Shown here: positions 1-10,390 of the stretch, piece after piece
How positions within the stretch are numbered: position 1 is the stretch's first letter
Layout: every line of letters begins with the position of its first letter
Source of the DNA: an uncultured Christensenella sp.
Lineage (GTDB): Bacteria; Bacillota; Clostridia; Christensenellales; CAG-917
Reading direction: 5' to 3'
DNA: 64,000 bases
Assembly (NCBI GenBank): GCA_910584155.1
Contig: CAJTYG010000006.1
Span: 199-64,198 of the forward strand
The notes under the pieces: model-generated
What the model was told of the DNA's origin: nothing
The model's input: only the letters and a program-made list of their open reading frames with translations
Databases searched by the model: none
Position numbers and translations under genes: made by a program

Positions 1-783
1 CTTTCTATGCCACAGCTCGTGAGCAAAGCTTATCAGGTCCTGCGAGCGCTCTAATTGCCCTGCCAAAAGGATAGCTTGCTCTGTATATTCGTCAAGCAGT
101 GATTGGGCTTTATCTTTACCTATTACGCCGACTATCGAGACATCGTCGTCTAAAAGGTCATCTGCGAGCTGAAACGCCAACCCTATACACGTTGAAAACT
201 CTGTAACTATATCGAGCTTATCTGCATTTGCTCCTGCGCATACCGCACCTGCTCTGAATGAGCCTCTTATGAGCGCAGCAGTTTTTTTGTCGTACATATC
301 GAGCCACTGTTCCATAAATCTGCAGCCCGCAAGCTCTGCCGACTGTCCGTATACCATATCCATAGCGGCTTTTGCAATTTCGTATGCGGCTTCATTTTTG
401 CTTTTTAGCGCCTGATCCATAGCGAGCGTCAAAAGTCCGTCGCCGACGAGCAAAGCGGTGGCGCAGCCGAAGCGCTTATGCACGGAAGGTTTTCCTCTGC
501 GCATATCGTCGTTGTCCATCTCGGGCATATCGTCGTGCACAAGCGAATAGCTGTGCACAAGCTCAACGGTAGCGGCAAGCGGAAGAATATCATCTATATC
601 TGCGTTGCCGCCTACAGAAAGCGCCCCGAAGTATACGCAAAGCGGACGGATACGTTTGCCTCCGTCCAAGCTTGCATAGCGCATTCCCTCGCCCGTCATC
701 CCCCCACAATCGGACAACAATTTTGAAAAATATTGCTCGAAGCTACGCAAAAAATCTTCTCTGCTTACATTACTTATCAACAT
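1..783 (-). CDS. ispA: polyprenyl (farnesyl/geranylgeranyl) diphosphate synthase; 3' end runs off the window
   Basis: Hand translation of the minus strand from the ATG at 783 gives ...LVHDDMPEMDNDDMRRGKPSVHKRFG... (first DDxxD motif) and ...FQLADDLLD... (second DDxxD). Lies downstream of xseA-xseB as in Bacillus. Confidence 0.85.
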   Translation of the reverse strand, partial: MLISNVSREDFLRSFEQYFSKLLSDCGGMTGEGMRYASLDGGKRIRPLCVYFGALSVGGNADIDDILPLAATVELVHSYSLVHDDMPEMDNDDMRRGKPSVHKRFGCATALLVGDGLLTLAMDQALKSKNEAAYEIAKAAMDMVYGQSAELAGCRFMEQWLDMYDKKTAALIRGSFRAGAVCAGANADKLDIVTEFSTCIGLAFQLADDLLDDDVSIVGVIGKDKAQSLLDEYTEQAILLAGQLERSQDLISFAHELWHRK

Positions 784-837
784 AAATTGATGTTTAATAT
801 AAAAATAATACTATATAAACTATCCGTTTTGAAAAAG

Positions 838-1056
838 TCAGTCTATATCAAACTTTTCCGTAAGGTTGTTTATATCGTCCACAAGTATAGACAGTTTTCC
901 CTTTTCGGTCTTGAGCGTTTCGATACAGACCTTGCTAAGCTCGATACCACGCTCAAATGCTTTGACGGCCTCGTCAAGCGGAATGTCGCTTTCAAGCTTT
1001 TTGACTATGCCCTCGAGTTCGCCGAGCGCTTCCTCAAATTTTTTCATTTCTGCCAT
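838..1056 (-). CDS. xseB: exodeoxyribonuclease VII small subunit
   Basis: 72 aa helical protein (MAEMKKFEEALGELEGIVKKLE...), 12 nt downstream of xseA. Confidence 0.9.
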   Translation of the reverse strand: MAEMKKFEEALGELEGIVKKLESDIPLDEAVKAFERGIELSKVCIETLKTEKGKLSILVDDINNLTEKFDID

Positions 1057-1068
1057 ATACTTTTCTCC

Positions 1069-2280
1069 TTATTTGCTGCTATCAGAATTGCCGACAACGA
1101 TCTCTTTTACCTCTGCTTTGATAGCGCCGTCGCCGCCTGTAGCGACTATACAGTCGCCGACCTTTAAGTCCTTTACGCTGCTTAATGTCCTATCGCCGAG
1201 CTGCAGACGGAAATATCCTCTCTTCAATGTTTTTAACGGGCTTAGCTTATCAAGTGCGTCGATAGCCTTTTCCGCTCTTGCGTCTGCGACGTCCATTTTG
1301 CGCAAAACGCAGACCTTTGCGTTTTGAATGAGCCTTTCCACCTTACGTTCTCTTGCGGCATAAAAAGAAGTGGCTACACTTTTGAGCCTGCCGAAGCACA
1401 GTTGAGCCTTACCGCTTGCGCTTTTGTATGCACGCACTGCATCCAAGCTGAGGCGGCGCATATTATACTTGACCGTGTCGACCATAGCATAATAATCATA
1501 TGCGACCAACTCGCCTGCTGCGGTAGGTGTAGCCGCACGTGCGTCGGCAACAAAATCGCAAAGCGAAAAATCTGTTTCGTGCCCAACAGCCGACACGACA
1601 GGCGTCGACATATCGTAGACCGCCCGTACAAGCTCCTCATCATAAAACGGCGCAAGATCTTCAAGCGAGCCGCCGCCTCTTGCTATGATAATTACGTCGT
1701 AGCCAAGCAAGTCGACACGCCTTAGCACGCCTGCGATATCGTGTCCCGCACCCTCGCCCTGCACACGCACGTCTCTTAAAACTATGTTTATGACAGGATT
1801 TTTCTTGCGGATAGTGGTGACAATATCCCTTATGACCGCACCTGTTTTCGAGGTGACGACAAGCACGTTTTTGGCGTATTGCGGAATTGCCTTTTTATGC
1901 GCCTCGTCAAATATACCCTCCTGCTGAAGCTTTGCCTTTAAGCGCTCGAATTCCAAAAACAGCAGACCTTTGCCTATAGGTTGAATTGAACTCACCTGTA
2001 GCGACAGTCTGCCGCCCTTAACATAATAGTCGAGATTGCCTCGTACGATTACGCTTTCGCCGTCCTTTGGATTGTAGGTCTTTGCGCCGTAAAAGCATAC
2101 GCAGGAAATCTGCGAATTTTTGTCCTTAAGAGTAAAATATGCGTGCGGACCGCTATATTTGAAGCCCGACACCTCGCCGAACACATCCAGCCCTTTAAAA
2201 ATGGGTGCGTCGATACACGCCTTTATCGTGGCGTTGACCTCCGTGACGGATAGGGTGTTTTCCATATTCAACTCTGACAT
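1069..2280 (-). CDS. xseA: exodeoxyribonuclease VII large subunit
   Basis: 403 aa with an N-terminal OB-fold-like region and a conserved core (IIARGGGSLEDL). Conserved nusB-xseA-xseB order. Confidence 0.9.
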   Translation of the reverse strand: MSELNMENTLSVTEVNATIKACIDAPIFKGLDVFGEVSGFKYSGPHAYFTLKDKNSQISCVCFYGAKTYNPKDGESVIVRGNLDYYVKGGRLSLQVSSIQPIGKGLLFLEFERLKAKLQQEGIFDEAHKKAIPQYAKNVLVVTSKTGAVIRDIVTTIRKKNPVINIVLRDVRVQGEGAGHDIAGVLRRVDLLGYDVIIIARGGGSLEDLAPFYDEELVRAVYDMSTPVVSAVGHETDFSLCDFVADARAATPTAAGELVAYDYYAMVDTVKYNMRRLSLDAVRAYKSASGKAQLCFGRLKSVATSFYAARERKVERLIQNAKVCVLRKMDVADARAEKAIDALDKLSPLKTLKRGYFRLQLGDRTLSSVKDLKVGDCIVATGGDGAIKAEVKEIVVGNSDSSK

Positions 2281-2321
2281 AATTAAACGGATATAAAAAT
2301 TATTTCTTTAAGCAGAAAGCT

Positions 2322-2717
2322 CTATTCAATGCTCTTTGCTATCTTTGCAAGCACGCCGTTGATAAACGAGCCCGACTTTTCCGTGCCAAATTTTTTACCC
2401 AGTGAGACAGCCTCGTTTATGATGACTGCAACGGGCGCAGTCTTGTGCAAAAGCTCGTATGCGGCGACAAGCAGAATTGCGTAGTCGGGACGGTACACTC
2501 TTTCCAGCCTATAACCCGAAAGGTTGCTTGAAATGAGCGAATTCAACTGCTCGATTTCCTTTACGATGCCGTAATAAGTTTCGTTCACGTAGTTTTTGTC
2601 GTCCTCGTCAAGCGATTCGTCCAACAGCAAAAGCTCTCTTGTACCGTTGTTAGGCAAATCGTAAAAAGTGAACTCGAATACCAATTTAAATACGTCTTCT
2701 CTTGCAATTCTTCTCAT
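2322..2717 (-). CDS. nusB: transcription antitermination factor NusB
   Basis: 131 aa, with ...AILLVAAYELLH...VVINEAVSLGKKFG... typical of NusB. Confidence 0.9.
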   Translation of the reverse strand: MRRIAREDVFKLVFEFTFYDLPNNGTRELLLLDESLDEDDKNYVNETYYGIVKEIEQLNSLISSNLSGYRLERVYRPDYAILLVAAYELLHKTAPVAVIINEAVSLGKKFGTEKSGSFINGVLAKIAKSIE

Positions 2718-2719
2718 AA

Positions 2720-3034
2720 CTATTGATCAATACTCACGCTGATGACGTGCACGTTGACGGCGTGCACCTTATATTTTGTCGCACGCTCTATCTGCAGCTT
2801 GACGTTTTCCTGCAAAGCGGCGACGGCAACGGGCACGGTATAGCCCTGCAAAATATTTACAAACATATCCACCGTGACTTTTTCGTTTGGCAAAAAGTAC
2901 ACCGACACTGCATTGCGTGCCTTTTTTGCGCCGGGGAGGCTTACGCCTTCCACATCGCCGACGGCGTCGGACGCAAGCGACGATATGACCTTTGCAAAGG
3001 TGTCGAGATTTTTAGAATACGTCTGCTTTGCCAT
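2720..3034 (-). CDS. Asp23/Gls24 family alkaline-shock/envelope stress protein
   Basis: 104 aa. The size, sequence pattern and position immediately upstream of nusB match the Firmicute yqhY-type gene. Confidence 0.75.
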   Translation of the reverse strand: MAKQTYSKNLDTFAKVISSLASDAVGDVEGVSLPGAKKARNAVSVYFLPNEKVTVDMFVNILQGYTVPVAVAALQENVKLQIERATKYKVHAVNVHVISVSIDQ

Positions 3035-3202
3035 ATTTCCTCCAAAAGCTTAGCGGTTTATGGTATTATAACACAGGCAAAAAATTATTTCAATAAAAAT
3101 AACCGATTAGACTGCGCCGATATGATTTATTTTGAAAGACAAAAAGGCGGTTTCCCGCCCTTTCGTCAAACAAATATTTATGTCATGCGCGCAATGTTCT
3201 TA

Positions 3203-3709
3203 TCAAACGTAAGCTATGACCTTTACGTCATTGGGATCGCAAGCCATTTCGCTGACGACTGCCGCCTGAATTTGGTTTGCTTCCGCACCGCTCAATTCCG
3301 CTTTGCCCACGACAACGCTTATCACTCCGTCGCCTATCGTGACGATAGCGTCCTCAAAGCCCTTGCCTTTGATGGTGGTCTCAAGCGCATTTTCCTTTTC
3401 CATACGCTTTATGAGCATCATTTTTTGAGCTTCTGCCTCAGTTTTTGCGCTCTCGGAGCTTGCCTCTGATTTTACGATAGCGTCAAGCCACAGAAATTCC
3501 GACTCTCTCGTAGCGTCTCTGTCGCTGCGTGCCGCCGCAAAGAAGGTTTGAGTGACTGTTGGGCTGTTTACGTTATTGCCTGCGTTGTTTGCACTGCCCG
3601 TCAACTTGTCGTTTAACACAAAGTTGAGCACGCCCGTGGTGACCAACAGCACTACCATAACCGACAGCACGAGGATCTTTTTGGTTTTTGCCTTCATTTT
3701 TATTTTCAT
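3203..3709 (-). CDS. spoIIIAH: stage III sporulation protein AH
   Basis: 168 aa with an N-terminal TM anchor and a YscJ/FliF-like C-terminal domain. Last gene of the spoIIIA operon. Confidence 0.8.
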   Translation of the reverse strand: MKIKMKAKTKKILVLSVMVVLLVTTGVLNFVLNDKLTGSANNAGNNVNSPTVTQTFFAAARSDRDATRESEFLWLDAIVKSEASSESAKTEAEAQKMMLIKRMEKENALETTIKGKGFEDAIVTIGDGVISVVVGKAELSGAEANQIQAAVVSEMACDPNDVKVIAYV

Positions 3710-3730
3710 ATATTCCTCCTATATGGTTTT

Positions 3731-4135
3731 TTATTTACGACTGTATACGTTTACTACGTTTCTGCTTACGCCCAAAGCGGTCGCCGTCGCCTCGAGAAGC
3801 CTCAGCCTCACCGTTATATCGTCCGCCCCGTCCGCTATGACAAGCACGCCCGTGATAGTGCCGTCCGCAGAGGTTATCATCGCTTCCACCTTGCCTGCAC
3901 CGTCTATGTTGCTTAGTATCGCACTCAGTCTCTGTTCGTCCGACGTCATCACGCTGCCGACCGTTTGCGTGCTTCCTGCGCTCTTTGCCGCCGTCACAGT
4001 AGAATATATGATAAGTGCAACGGCAATTATGAATATCACTACGATAATTTGCAGGTTTTTTATTCCCTTAAGCTTTTTTATAAAGCCCTTAGCCTCAGTC
4101 TTTACGCTGTCCTTGCGCTCGTCGCTAACTTCCAT
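3731..4135 (-). CDS. spoIIIAG: stage III sporulation protein AG
   Basis: 134 aa, single TM, conserved C-terminus ...GVLVIADGADD...; operon position fits. Confidence 0.8.
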   Translation of the reverse strand: MEVSDERKDSVKTEAKGFIKKLKGIKNLQIIVVIFIIAVALIIYSTVTAAKSAGSTQTVGSVMTSDEQRLSAILSNIDGAGKVEAMITSADGTITGVLVIADGADDITVRLRLLEATATALGVSRNVVNVYSRK

Positions 4136-4159
4136 ATAGCACTCTCCTTTAAATGATAT

Positions 4160-4621
4160 TTACAACAGCCTCACGGTTATGACATCCGCACTGCATTTAA
4201 ACCGCTCGCAAAGCAATATTTTAATATGCGCCGCAACGTCGTCCTCGACGTCGTGCTTAAAATTGAACACGCTCACCTCTATGCTGCCGAGCGTAAGCGG
4301 CGACTTTTCGTCCATAGTAATTTTTACAGTAGTTTTATATCCGTTTTGCGCAAGCAGCTTTACTGCGTCGCTCTTTAAGCTGTCCGCATAAATTGCATAG
4401 GTGGTGTTCACATATTCCTCGTCAACCTGAAACTGCGAGGCGTCGTAGTCAAGCTTCCAATCCTTGTTGAGCAGATTAGGCAGAGGAGCTGCGATGACAA
4501 ACACAATCAACAGCGAAAACGCACCCTTTACATACTTTGCGGTCTGCCCCTCGGGCAGCATTATTTCAAGCAGTATTCCAAGGCATATCACGCCCACAAT
4601 AGACATTATCCAAACGCCCAT
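4160..4621 (-). CDS. spoIIIAF: stage III sporulation protein AF
   Basis: 153 aa with two N-terminal TM helices; operon position fits. Confidence 0.75.
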   Translation of the reverse strand: MGVWIMSIVGVICLGILLEIMLPEGQTAKYVKGAFSLLIVFVIAAPLPNLLNKDWKLDYDASQFQVDEEYVNTTYAIYADSLKSDAVKLLAQNGYKTTVKITMDEKSPLTLGSIEVSVFNFKHDVEDDVAAHIKILLCERFKCSADVITVRLL

Positions 4622-4629
4622 ACGCCCTC

Positions 4630-5889
4630 CTACAAGCCCATATTGCAGCTGCCGATAAGCAGCATAAGCAGTATGTAAAACAAAAACGAAATGCCTGCGA
4701 GCGCCGTGATGAGCAAATTCATATTGCCTGCCACCGTGTGCAACAAGCCCGACATACGTGTATCGCCTATGGGCTCGACTATAGCGGATGTGAGCCTCAA
4801 TGTGAGCGTAAATATCACCACCTTTACAAGCGGAAACAGCACTACGCCTATCAGTATCACCGCTCCCGTATAGCCGACGGCGTTTTTTACGAGCACAAGC
4901 GAGGTGCTCAGAAGGTCAAAGCCGTCCGACAGATAGCCGCCAAGCACGGGCACATAGCTTGACAGCGCAAATTTTGCGACGTTGAAGCCGAATTTATCCA
5001 CAACTCCGCCCGTAATACCCTGCACTGTCAAAAAGGTGGCAAACAGCCCGAATACTATGCCTATCAGCCACGTGGACGCCGACTTTATCACCTTTGTGAG
5101 CTTGTCGAGCTTTACGTTTTTGGATATGTTTCCAACAACCGAAAACACTATCGTGGCTATAAAAGCAGGTACAATTACTGCTGTTATAAGCCTCATCATA
5201 AAACCGCTGAGCACCGCCATAAGCGGCGTGTACGTAGCAACCGTCGTCGCACCGCCGAGCATACTTAAAAGCGTAAGCAGTATCGGGAATATAGCTTTTG
5301 CAAAGCCCGTCAGCAAGAGCACAGTGTCCGTCACCGTGCTTATCACGCTGCCTATGCCCGTCATAAGCACCACTATCACCGCACAGTAGCAGACGATGTG
5401 CACCACCTCGGCAGTAGATGCGCCGCTCATTCCTATAGTAAGATTGCCGAGCATATTTTTCAGCAGGCATATCACGATTATAGTGATGAAGCTTGGCAGA
5501 AAGCCCGCAAAGTATTTTCCGAGCGTGCCCGCAAGCAGATTTAGCAGTCTGTCGAAAAAGTCGTTTGCCTGCCCGTTTACAAGCGCCTTTAAAGTAGCCT
5601 TGGCATCCGTGATATTCAAGGCGTTTTTTTCCTGCTCGCCGAGAGAGTCTATAAACTTTTGAAAATCGGACAAATCCAGCCTGTCAATAGCGTCGTTGAC
5701 GGCTTCGGACAATTCCTTGCGCACCTCTTCCTCGCTCTTGCTTTCGTCTGCATACGCAACCTTATTGCACAGCATATCGCAGACAAAAACGGCAAGCAGC
5801 ACGGCGAGCACCGCTATGAGCGCAAGCACGGTCTTTACCCTTTTATGCGGCTTTGGCAAACTGAAAAGAGGCTTATTTAAACATCTCAT
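4630..5889 (-). CDS. spoIIIAE: stage III sporulation protein AE
   Basis: 419 aa polytopic membrane protein with a signal/TM segment and repeated TM bundles; operon position fits. Confidence 0.85.
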   Translation of the reverse strand: MRCLNKPLFSLPKPHKRVKTVLALIAVLAVLLAVFVCDMLCNKVAYADESKSEEEVRKELSEAVNDAIDRLDLSDFQKFIDSLGEQEKNALNITDAKATLKALVNGQANDFFDRLLNLLAGTLGKYFAGFLPSFITIIVICLLKNMLGNLTIGMSGASTAEVVHIVCYCAVIVVLMTGIGSVISTVTDTVLLLTGFAKAIFPILLTLLSMLGGATTVATYTPLMAVLSGFMMRLITAVIVPAFIATIVFSVVGNISKNVKLDKLTKVIKSASTWLIGIVFGLFATFLTVQGITGGVVDKFGFNVAKFALSSYVPVLGGYLSDGFDLLSTSLVLVKNAVGYTGAVILIGVVLFPLVKVVIFTLTLRLTSAIVEPIGDTRMSGLLHTVAGNMNLLITALAGISFLFYILLMLLIGSCNMGL

Positions 5890-6281
5890 ACGTTCACCAA
5901 AGCGGACACAACGTCTACAAGCGCCGTTACTATAGAAATGCTCATCAAAAATATCACTATTTTCCCGCCGAATTGCAGCTTTTGCGCAATGGAACCGCAG
6001 CCTGCGTCCGTTGCGACCGACGATGAGTATTCCGTAAGATAGCCTATGCCTATAATTTTTAGCACGGCAGTGAAAATTCCGTCATCTATCCCGCTCTTTT
6101 GCACAATTCCGTCAAATGCGAGTATGACGTTTTGCAGCGCCGACAGCATAGTGATGACCATAACTACGCCCGTAGCAATGGTTGCAAACACGGCAAACTC
6201 CGGCTTTGCGGTCTTAAGCAGCGAGACCACTATGACGCCGATGATAGCAATTCCGACCAACTTGAAAATCATAGCCGTCAA
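5886..6281 (-). CDS. spoIIIAD: stage III sporulation protein AD
   Basis: 131 aa membrane protein. 4-nt start/stop overlaps with both neighbours. Confidence 0.8.
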   Translation of the reverse strand: MTAMIFKLVGIAIIGVIVVSLLKTAKPEFAVFATIATGVVMVITMLSALQNVILAFDGIVQKSGIDDGIFTAVLKIIGIGYLTEYSSSVATDAGCGSIAQKLQFGGKIVIFLMSISIVTALVDVVSALVNV

Positions 6282-6481
6282 TATAGCGACAGTATGGATT
6301 TGAGGGTGTCAAACAGTCCGCCGAGCATATCTATGACAAGCACCGCAACTATTATCAGGCCTGCAAGCGTGGCAAAGGTAGCGATCTCGTCCCTGTCGCT
6401 TTTTTTGAGTATCACGCACACGATCGCCGTAAGCAGCCCTATGCCTGCAATTTTTAAGATTATATCCGTATTCATTGTCAC
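6278..6481 (-). CDS. spoIIIAC: stage III sporulation protein AC
   Basis: 67 aa protein with two TM helices; operon position fits. Confidence 0.8.
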   Translation of the reverse strand: MTMNTDIILKIAGIGLLTAIVCVILKKSDRDEIATFATLAGLIIVAVLVIDMLGGLFDTLKSILSLY

Positions 6482-6482
6482 C

Positions 6483-6989
6483 TCACGCCAAAATCAACAT
6501 TATCGCTATGCCGAGCAAAGCGCACAGCTTAAAAAACATTCCCCCAAGCTTTTTGCTTTCTTCCTCGCACTTATTTCGCTTTTTCTCAAAAATATCCCTG
6601 TAGTATTCCACAAACGAAAGCTGATCGTTTAGGGCGCTTTTGCCGTCGCCGCAAAAAAAGGATATGACCTCTTTTTTTTCATCGCTCTTAAGCTTTGAAA
6701 TATTTACGTTTTCGAGCACGTAATCAAAGCTTTTGCCCTGTTTTTTGAGGTCTATGCACTCGCTAAGCACCTTTTCAAACTCCCCCTTTCGCCCTGCTGT
6801 AAAGCGGCTTGCTATGTCGGGTATGGGGGTTTTGTTCAGCGTAAGCTCGCTTGACATAGCCTGCACATATTCGCAGGCGGACTTGTAGAAAACCGCCCTG
6901 TCACGGTAACGCCTTTTTATGAGCAAGCCGATATAACAGCAGATGAGCGCAAGCAGTCCGCCTGCAATAAGTCGCAATATATCGCTCAT
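6483..6989 (-). CDS. spoIIIAB: stage III sporulation protein AB
   Basis: 168 aa with TM helices at both ends flanking a soluble helical domain (GspF-like architecture). Confidence 0.8.
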   Translation of the reverse strand: MSDILRLIAGGLLALICCYIGLLIKRRYRDRAVFYKSACEYVQAMSSELTLNKTPIPDIASRFTAGRKGEFEKVLSECIDLKKQGKSFDYVLENVNISKLKSDEKKEVISFFCGDGKSALNDQLSFVEYYRDIFEKKRNKCEEESKKLGGMFFKLCALLGIAIMLILA

Positions 6990-7852
6990 AAGCGCAAAAT
7001 CTCCTTCACGCTGCCTACAGGGTGCTTTTCAAGCACCACCGCCACATCAAAAACGTCCGTCAACTTTTTATATACGGAGTTTTCTATCGCAGCCACGCTG
7101 TCGCCGTGCACGGACGCTATCACATTCACGCCGCAGCGTATAATGTCGCAAACAGCGCTTATCTCATCGTCCCTGAAAAGCTCGTCGGTGATGAGCACGT
7201 CTGGGTTCATCGCCCTGATACAGTTTTCATAAGCAACGGTCTTAGGCACGCCGCTTATGACTTCGGCGTCGCCTATATCGAGGCTCGGTACCCCATTTGA
7301 AACGCAGGCAAGCTCATAGCGCTCGTCTATCAGCACTACGTTTTTATTTGCGGATATGATGCGTGCAAGCTCTCTTAGCGCCGTGGTCTTTCCTCCCGAC
7401 GGGGGCGAAATTATCAGCGTATTTTTTACGGCGAGCGTATCTTTATCGTATATTTCCTGCAAAAATGCGTCCGCTGCGGTGTATATCTGATGTGGCACAC
7501 GTATCGTGAGATAGGATACGTTTTTAAGGTTTATCAGCCTGCCCCTGTCCGATACGCCCTCGCCGCCCACGCCTATGCGCAGGCGCTTGGACGGTACGTA
7601 GCCCTTTATCATCTCGTCGCTGACGGAATACGGCGACAGATTTGTCGCACGCAAAATAATGCCGTCAATATCCTCCTTTGTGACGATATATGCTCCGCCC
7701 GCAAGACGGGGATATATGCGAGGCTCGTTTTTTGACGTTGTCATAAGCAGCAGCCTTCTTCCGACACGCAGTCTTATTTCGGTGAGTTTCTCCACCTTTA
7801 CGCTGTCGGCAATTACCCTTGCAAGCACGCCTGTGATCAATCCGTCAAACAT
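6986..7852 (-). CDS. spoIIIAA: stage III sporulation protein AA (secretion-type ATPase)
   Basis: 288 aa with Walker A ISPPSGGKTT. First gene of the operon and overlaps spoIIIAB by 4 nt. Confidence 0.85.
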   Translation of the reverse strand: MFDGLITGVLARVIADSVKVEKLTEIRLRVGRRLLLMTTSKNEPRIYPRLAGGAYIVTKEDIDGIILRATNLSPYSVSDEMIKGYVPSKRLRIGVGGEGVSDRGRLINLKNVSYLTIRVPHQIYTAADAFLQEIYDKDTLAVKNTLIISPPSGGKTTALRELARIISANKNVVLIDERYELACVSNGVPSLDIGDAEVISGVPKTVAYENCIRAMNPDVLITDELFRDDEISAVCDIIRCGVNVIASVHGDSVAAIENSVYKKLTDVFDVAVVLEKHPVGSVKEILRL

Positions 7853-7980
7853 ATTAGACTATATGAAAACGCCTCTTCGCATATCGCAAAGAGGCAAAAT
7901 AAGACAAAATCTGTGTTTATAAATTATCTGAAATAAAAGACGGCAAAAGCATTTATCTTGCCTTTGCCGCCGTCGGATTT

Positions 7981-8733
7981 CTATTGATATTCAACCACGT
8001 TGACCCACTTCATAAGCAGCTCACATTCCTCTTCGTTGCCCTTGACAGATTGAGAAGCCGCCACAATAGGTATCCACTTTTGGACATACTGCTTTGCAGT
8101 GTCGCTCTTTTTGCAGAAGGTGTCGAGATAATACTCTGCCGCTTCGGTGTCGCCATCGAGGCAGAACAAAAGATATGTACGTGCGACGTCTGCCGAAGCG
8201 TTTCCCTGCGTTGCGTGCGACCAGTCGATGATATACGGCACGTTGCCCTTTGCAATGATGATGTTGGACGGGTTAAAATCGCCGTGGCAAACCTTGTTGT
8301 GTTTGGGCATACCCTCAAGCCTTGTATGCAGCTCATAACGTATGGTAGCCTCAATTTTGCTTGCGGAAATTTTGCGGTTCATCTTATCCTTTAGCTTAGT
8401 GAGCAGAGGCGATTTTTTGGTGTGTACTTCCATCTGCAAATCGACAAGCATATCGATGTATTCGTGCTTCTTCTCGGGGTGTTCCTGCATAAGCTGAGCA
8501 AGAGTTTTGCCCTTGATATATTCCGATACGATAGCCCATTTGTTGTCTTCGACCACGGTGACTTCAAGCACCTTTGGGATATTCAAGCCCGTTTCCTCAA
8601 TTCTTGCCTGATTGAGAGCTTCGTTAAGCACGTCCGCTTTGGAATATTCCGGATCAAACACCTTGATACATTTGTCGCCATCGCAGTAGATGGTTTTTTT
8701 GCTTCTTTTTGCTATGACTTTGTCAAGCTTCAT
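7981..8733 (-). CDS. aminoglycoside/choline-kinase-family phosphotransferase
   Basis: 250 aa with catalytic loop HGDFNPSNIII and metal-binding IDWSHA, typical of the APH/ChoK fold. Confidence 0.7.
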   Translation of the reverse strand: MKLDKVIAKRSKKTIYCDGDKCIKVFDPEYSKADVLNEALNQARIEETGLNIPKVLEVTVVEDNKWAIVSEYIKGKTLAQLMQEHPEKKHEYIDMLVDLQMEVHTKKSPLLTKLKDKMNRKISASKIEATIRYELHTRLEGMPKHNKVCHGDFNPSNIIIAKGNVPYIIDWSHATQGNASADVARTYLLFCLDGDTEAAEYYLDTFCKKSDTAKQYVQKWIPIVAASQSVKGNEEECELLMKWVNVVEYQ

Positions 8734-8903
8734 TTCCCTTACTCCTCATTAAATTTTTGATACAGACGAATGTCCGCAAACTATGCGTGCAAATTTAAAC
8801 TTTGACGCACGGTTTTAACTAATATAATACTAACACGTATACTTGTCTAAGTCAATGCCGAACTTTTCCAAAAATCGGAATTATAATGCTTTATTTACAA
8901 TAT

Positions 8904-8939
8904 AAAAAACAGCGCAAATAGCCTCAGCTATCTGCGCTG
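8904..8939 (-). terminator. rho-independent terminator after efp
   Basis: 13-bp stem (cagcgcaaatagc / gctatctgcgctg, one mismatch). The plus-strand A-run at 8904-8909 is the U-tract on the minus strand. Confidence 0.7.
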
Positions 8940-9011
8940 TTTAAACTCTTACTTAAACGGTTGTCTGCAAAATATGATATAAAATATCAAATTTATTTTG
9001 GCACTGTACCG

Positions 9012-9575
9012 TTACACTCTTGACATATACTCGCCTGTACGGGTGTCGATTCTGATAGTATCGCCCTCGTTTACAAACATAGGCACTTGCAGCTCGTAGC
9101 CTGTTTCGACGGTTGCGGGCTTTGTGGAGTTGGTGGCGGTGTTGCCTGCGACTGCGGGCTCGCAAACGGTGATGAGCAGCTCGACAAAGTTTGGCGGTTC
9201 CACAGAGAATGCATCGCCTTGGAAGAATTTGACCGTTACGGACATATTTTCCTTGACAAAGTTGAGTGCGTCCTCGACCTGATTTTTATTGAGCGGGATC
9301 TGCTCGTATGTCTCTGCGTCCATAAAGTAATAAAATTCGCCGTCGTTGTAGAGATATTCCATCGTCTTTGTTTCGATGTGAGCAAGCTCAAATTTTTCGG
9401 TCGGGTTAAAGGTTTGCTCCAACACAGCACCTGTAACGACGTTTTTCATTTTTGTACGAACAAACGCCGCACCCTTGCCCGGTTTGACGTGCAAGAAATC
9501 AACAATAGTCATAATCTTGTTGTCGTAGAGGAAGGTGATGCCCTTTCTCAAATCGCCTGCCATAATTTGTGCCAT
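9012..9575 (-). CDS. efp: elongation factor P
   Basis: 187 aa, ...[20 protein letters not shown]... signature. Confidence 0.95.
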   Translation of the reverse strand: MAQIMAGDLRKGITFLYDNKIMTIVDFLHVKPGKGAAFVRTKMKNVVTGAVLEQTFNPTEKFELAHIETKTMEYLYNDGEFYYFMDAETYEQIPLNKNQVEDALNFVKENMSVTVKFFQGDAFSVEPPNFVELLITVCEPAVAGNTATNSTKPATVETGYELQVPMFVNEGDTIRIDTRTGEYMSRV

Positions 9576-9669
9576 AATAATATTCTCCTAAATATATATT
9601 TGTGTTGTTTGCGTCAAAATGCGCCCTTACGCTTATATATTAGCACTGTATTGCGCATTTTGCAAGCGT

Positions 9670-10368
9670 TCATCTGTTGATAACGATAAGCTCTGTGGAA
9701 TGTCGGCTCACAGGACCGTCCTGCCCCACGATGACCATATCCTCTATGCGCACGCCCATCTCGTCGGCAATATAAATGCCCGGCTCTATGGTGATGACCA
9801 TATTTTCCTCAAGGACGTCAACGCTGTTTTTGCCGATACGGGGCGACTCGTGCACCACCTTGCCCACGCCGTGACCTGTGGTGTGGATAAAATACTGTCC
9901 GAAGCCGTTTTGCTCGATATAGTCTCTGCAAACCTTGTCTAAAGCCTCGCCGCCTATGCCGACCTTTGTAGCCTTTACGCCAAGCTTTTGAGACTGATAA
10001 ACGATGTCGTAAATCTGCTTTTGCTTGTCGCTTATCTCGCCGAATGCAAACGTGCGGGTGAAGTCGGAGCAATAGCCTTGATACACCGCCCCCATATCTA
10101 TGGTGACTAACATTCCCTTTTCAAGCTTTTGGTCGGTGGGAACGTGGTGCGGCTCGGCGCCGCCCTTTCCAAAAGCTACGATAGTATCGAAGGACAGACC
10201 GCTTGCACCCTGCATAAGCACAAATTCCTCAATGAATTTGGCAACGTCGATTTCGCTGTCGCCCTCTTTTATCGTGTCGAGTACTGCGTCGTAGGTATCG
10301 TCTATTATTTGCGCCGCACGCACCATCAAGCTGATTTCTTCTTTGTTTTTGACAATTCCGTTTTCCAT
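9670..10368 (-). CDS. M24 family metallopeptidase (Xaa-Pro peptidase catalytic domain only)
   Basis: 232 aa with pita-bread motifs ...TIDMGAVYQGYCSDFTRT..., ...HTTGHGVG..., ...ITIEPGIY..., ...GVRIED.... Upstream of efp as in Bacillus yqhT-efp. No N-terminal creatinase-like domain. Confidence 0.8.
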   Translation of the reverse strand: MENGIVKNKEEISLMVRAAQIIDDTYDAVLDTIKEGDSEIDVAKFIEEFVLMQGASGLSFDTIVAFGKGGAEPHHVPTDQKLEKGMLVTIDMGAVYQGYCSDFTRTFAFGEISDKQKQIYDIVYQSQKLGVKATKVGIGGEALDKVCRDYIEQNGFGQYFIHTTGHGVGKVVHESPRIGKNSVDVLEENMVITIEPGIYIADEMGVRIEDMVIVGQDGPVSRHSTELIVINR

Positions 10369-10390
10369 AATACCCTCAATTCAGGTAAAT

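Noticed and set aside
9670-10368. Short (232-aa) M24 peptidase as a possible truncated pseudogene
   Set aside because: The catalytic domain ORF is intact and has all metal-ligand motifs. Only 22 nt separate it from rny, so there is no room for a frameshifted N-terminal remnant. It is probably a genuine single-domain form.
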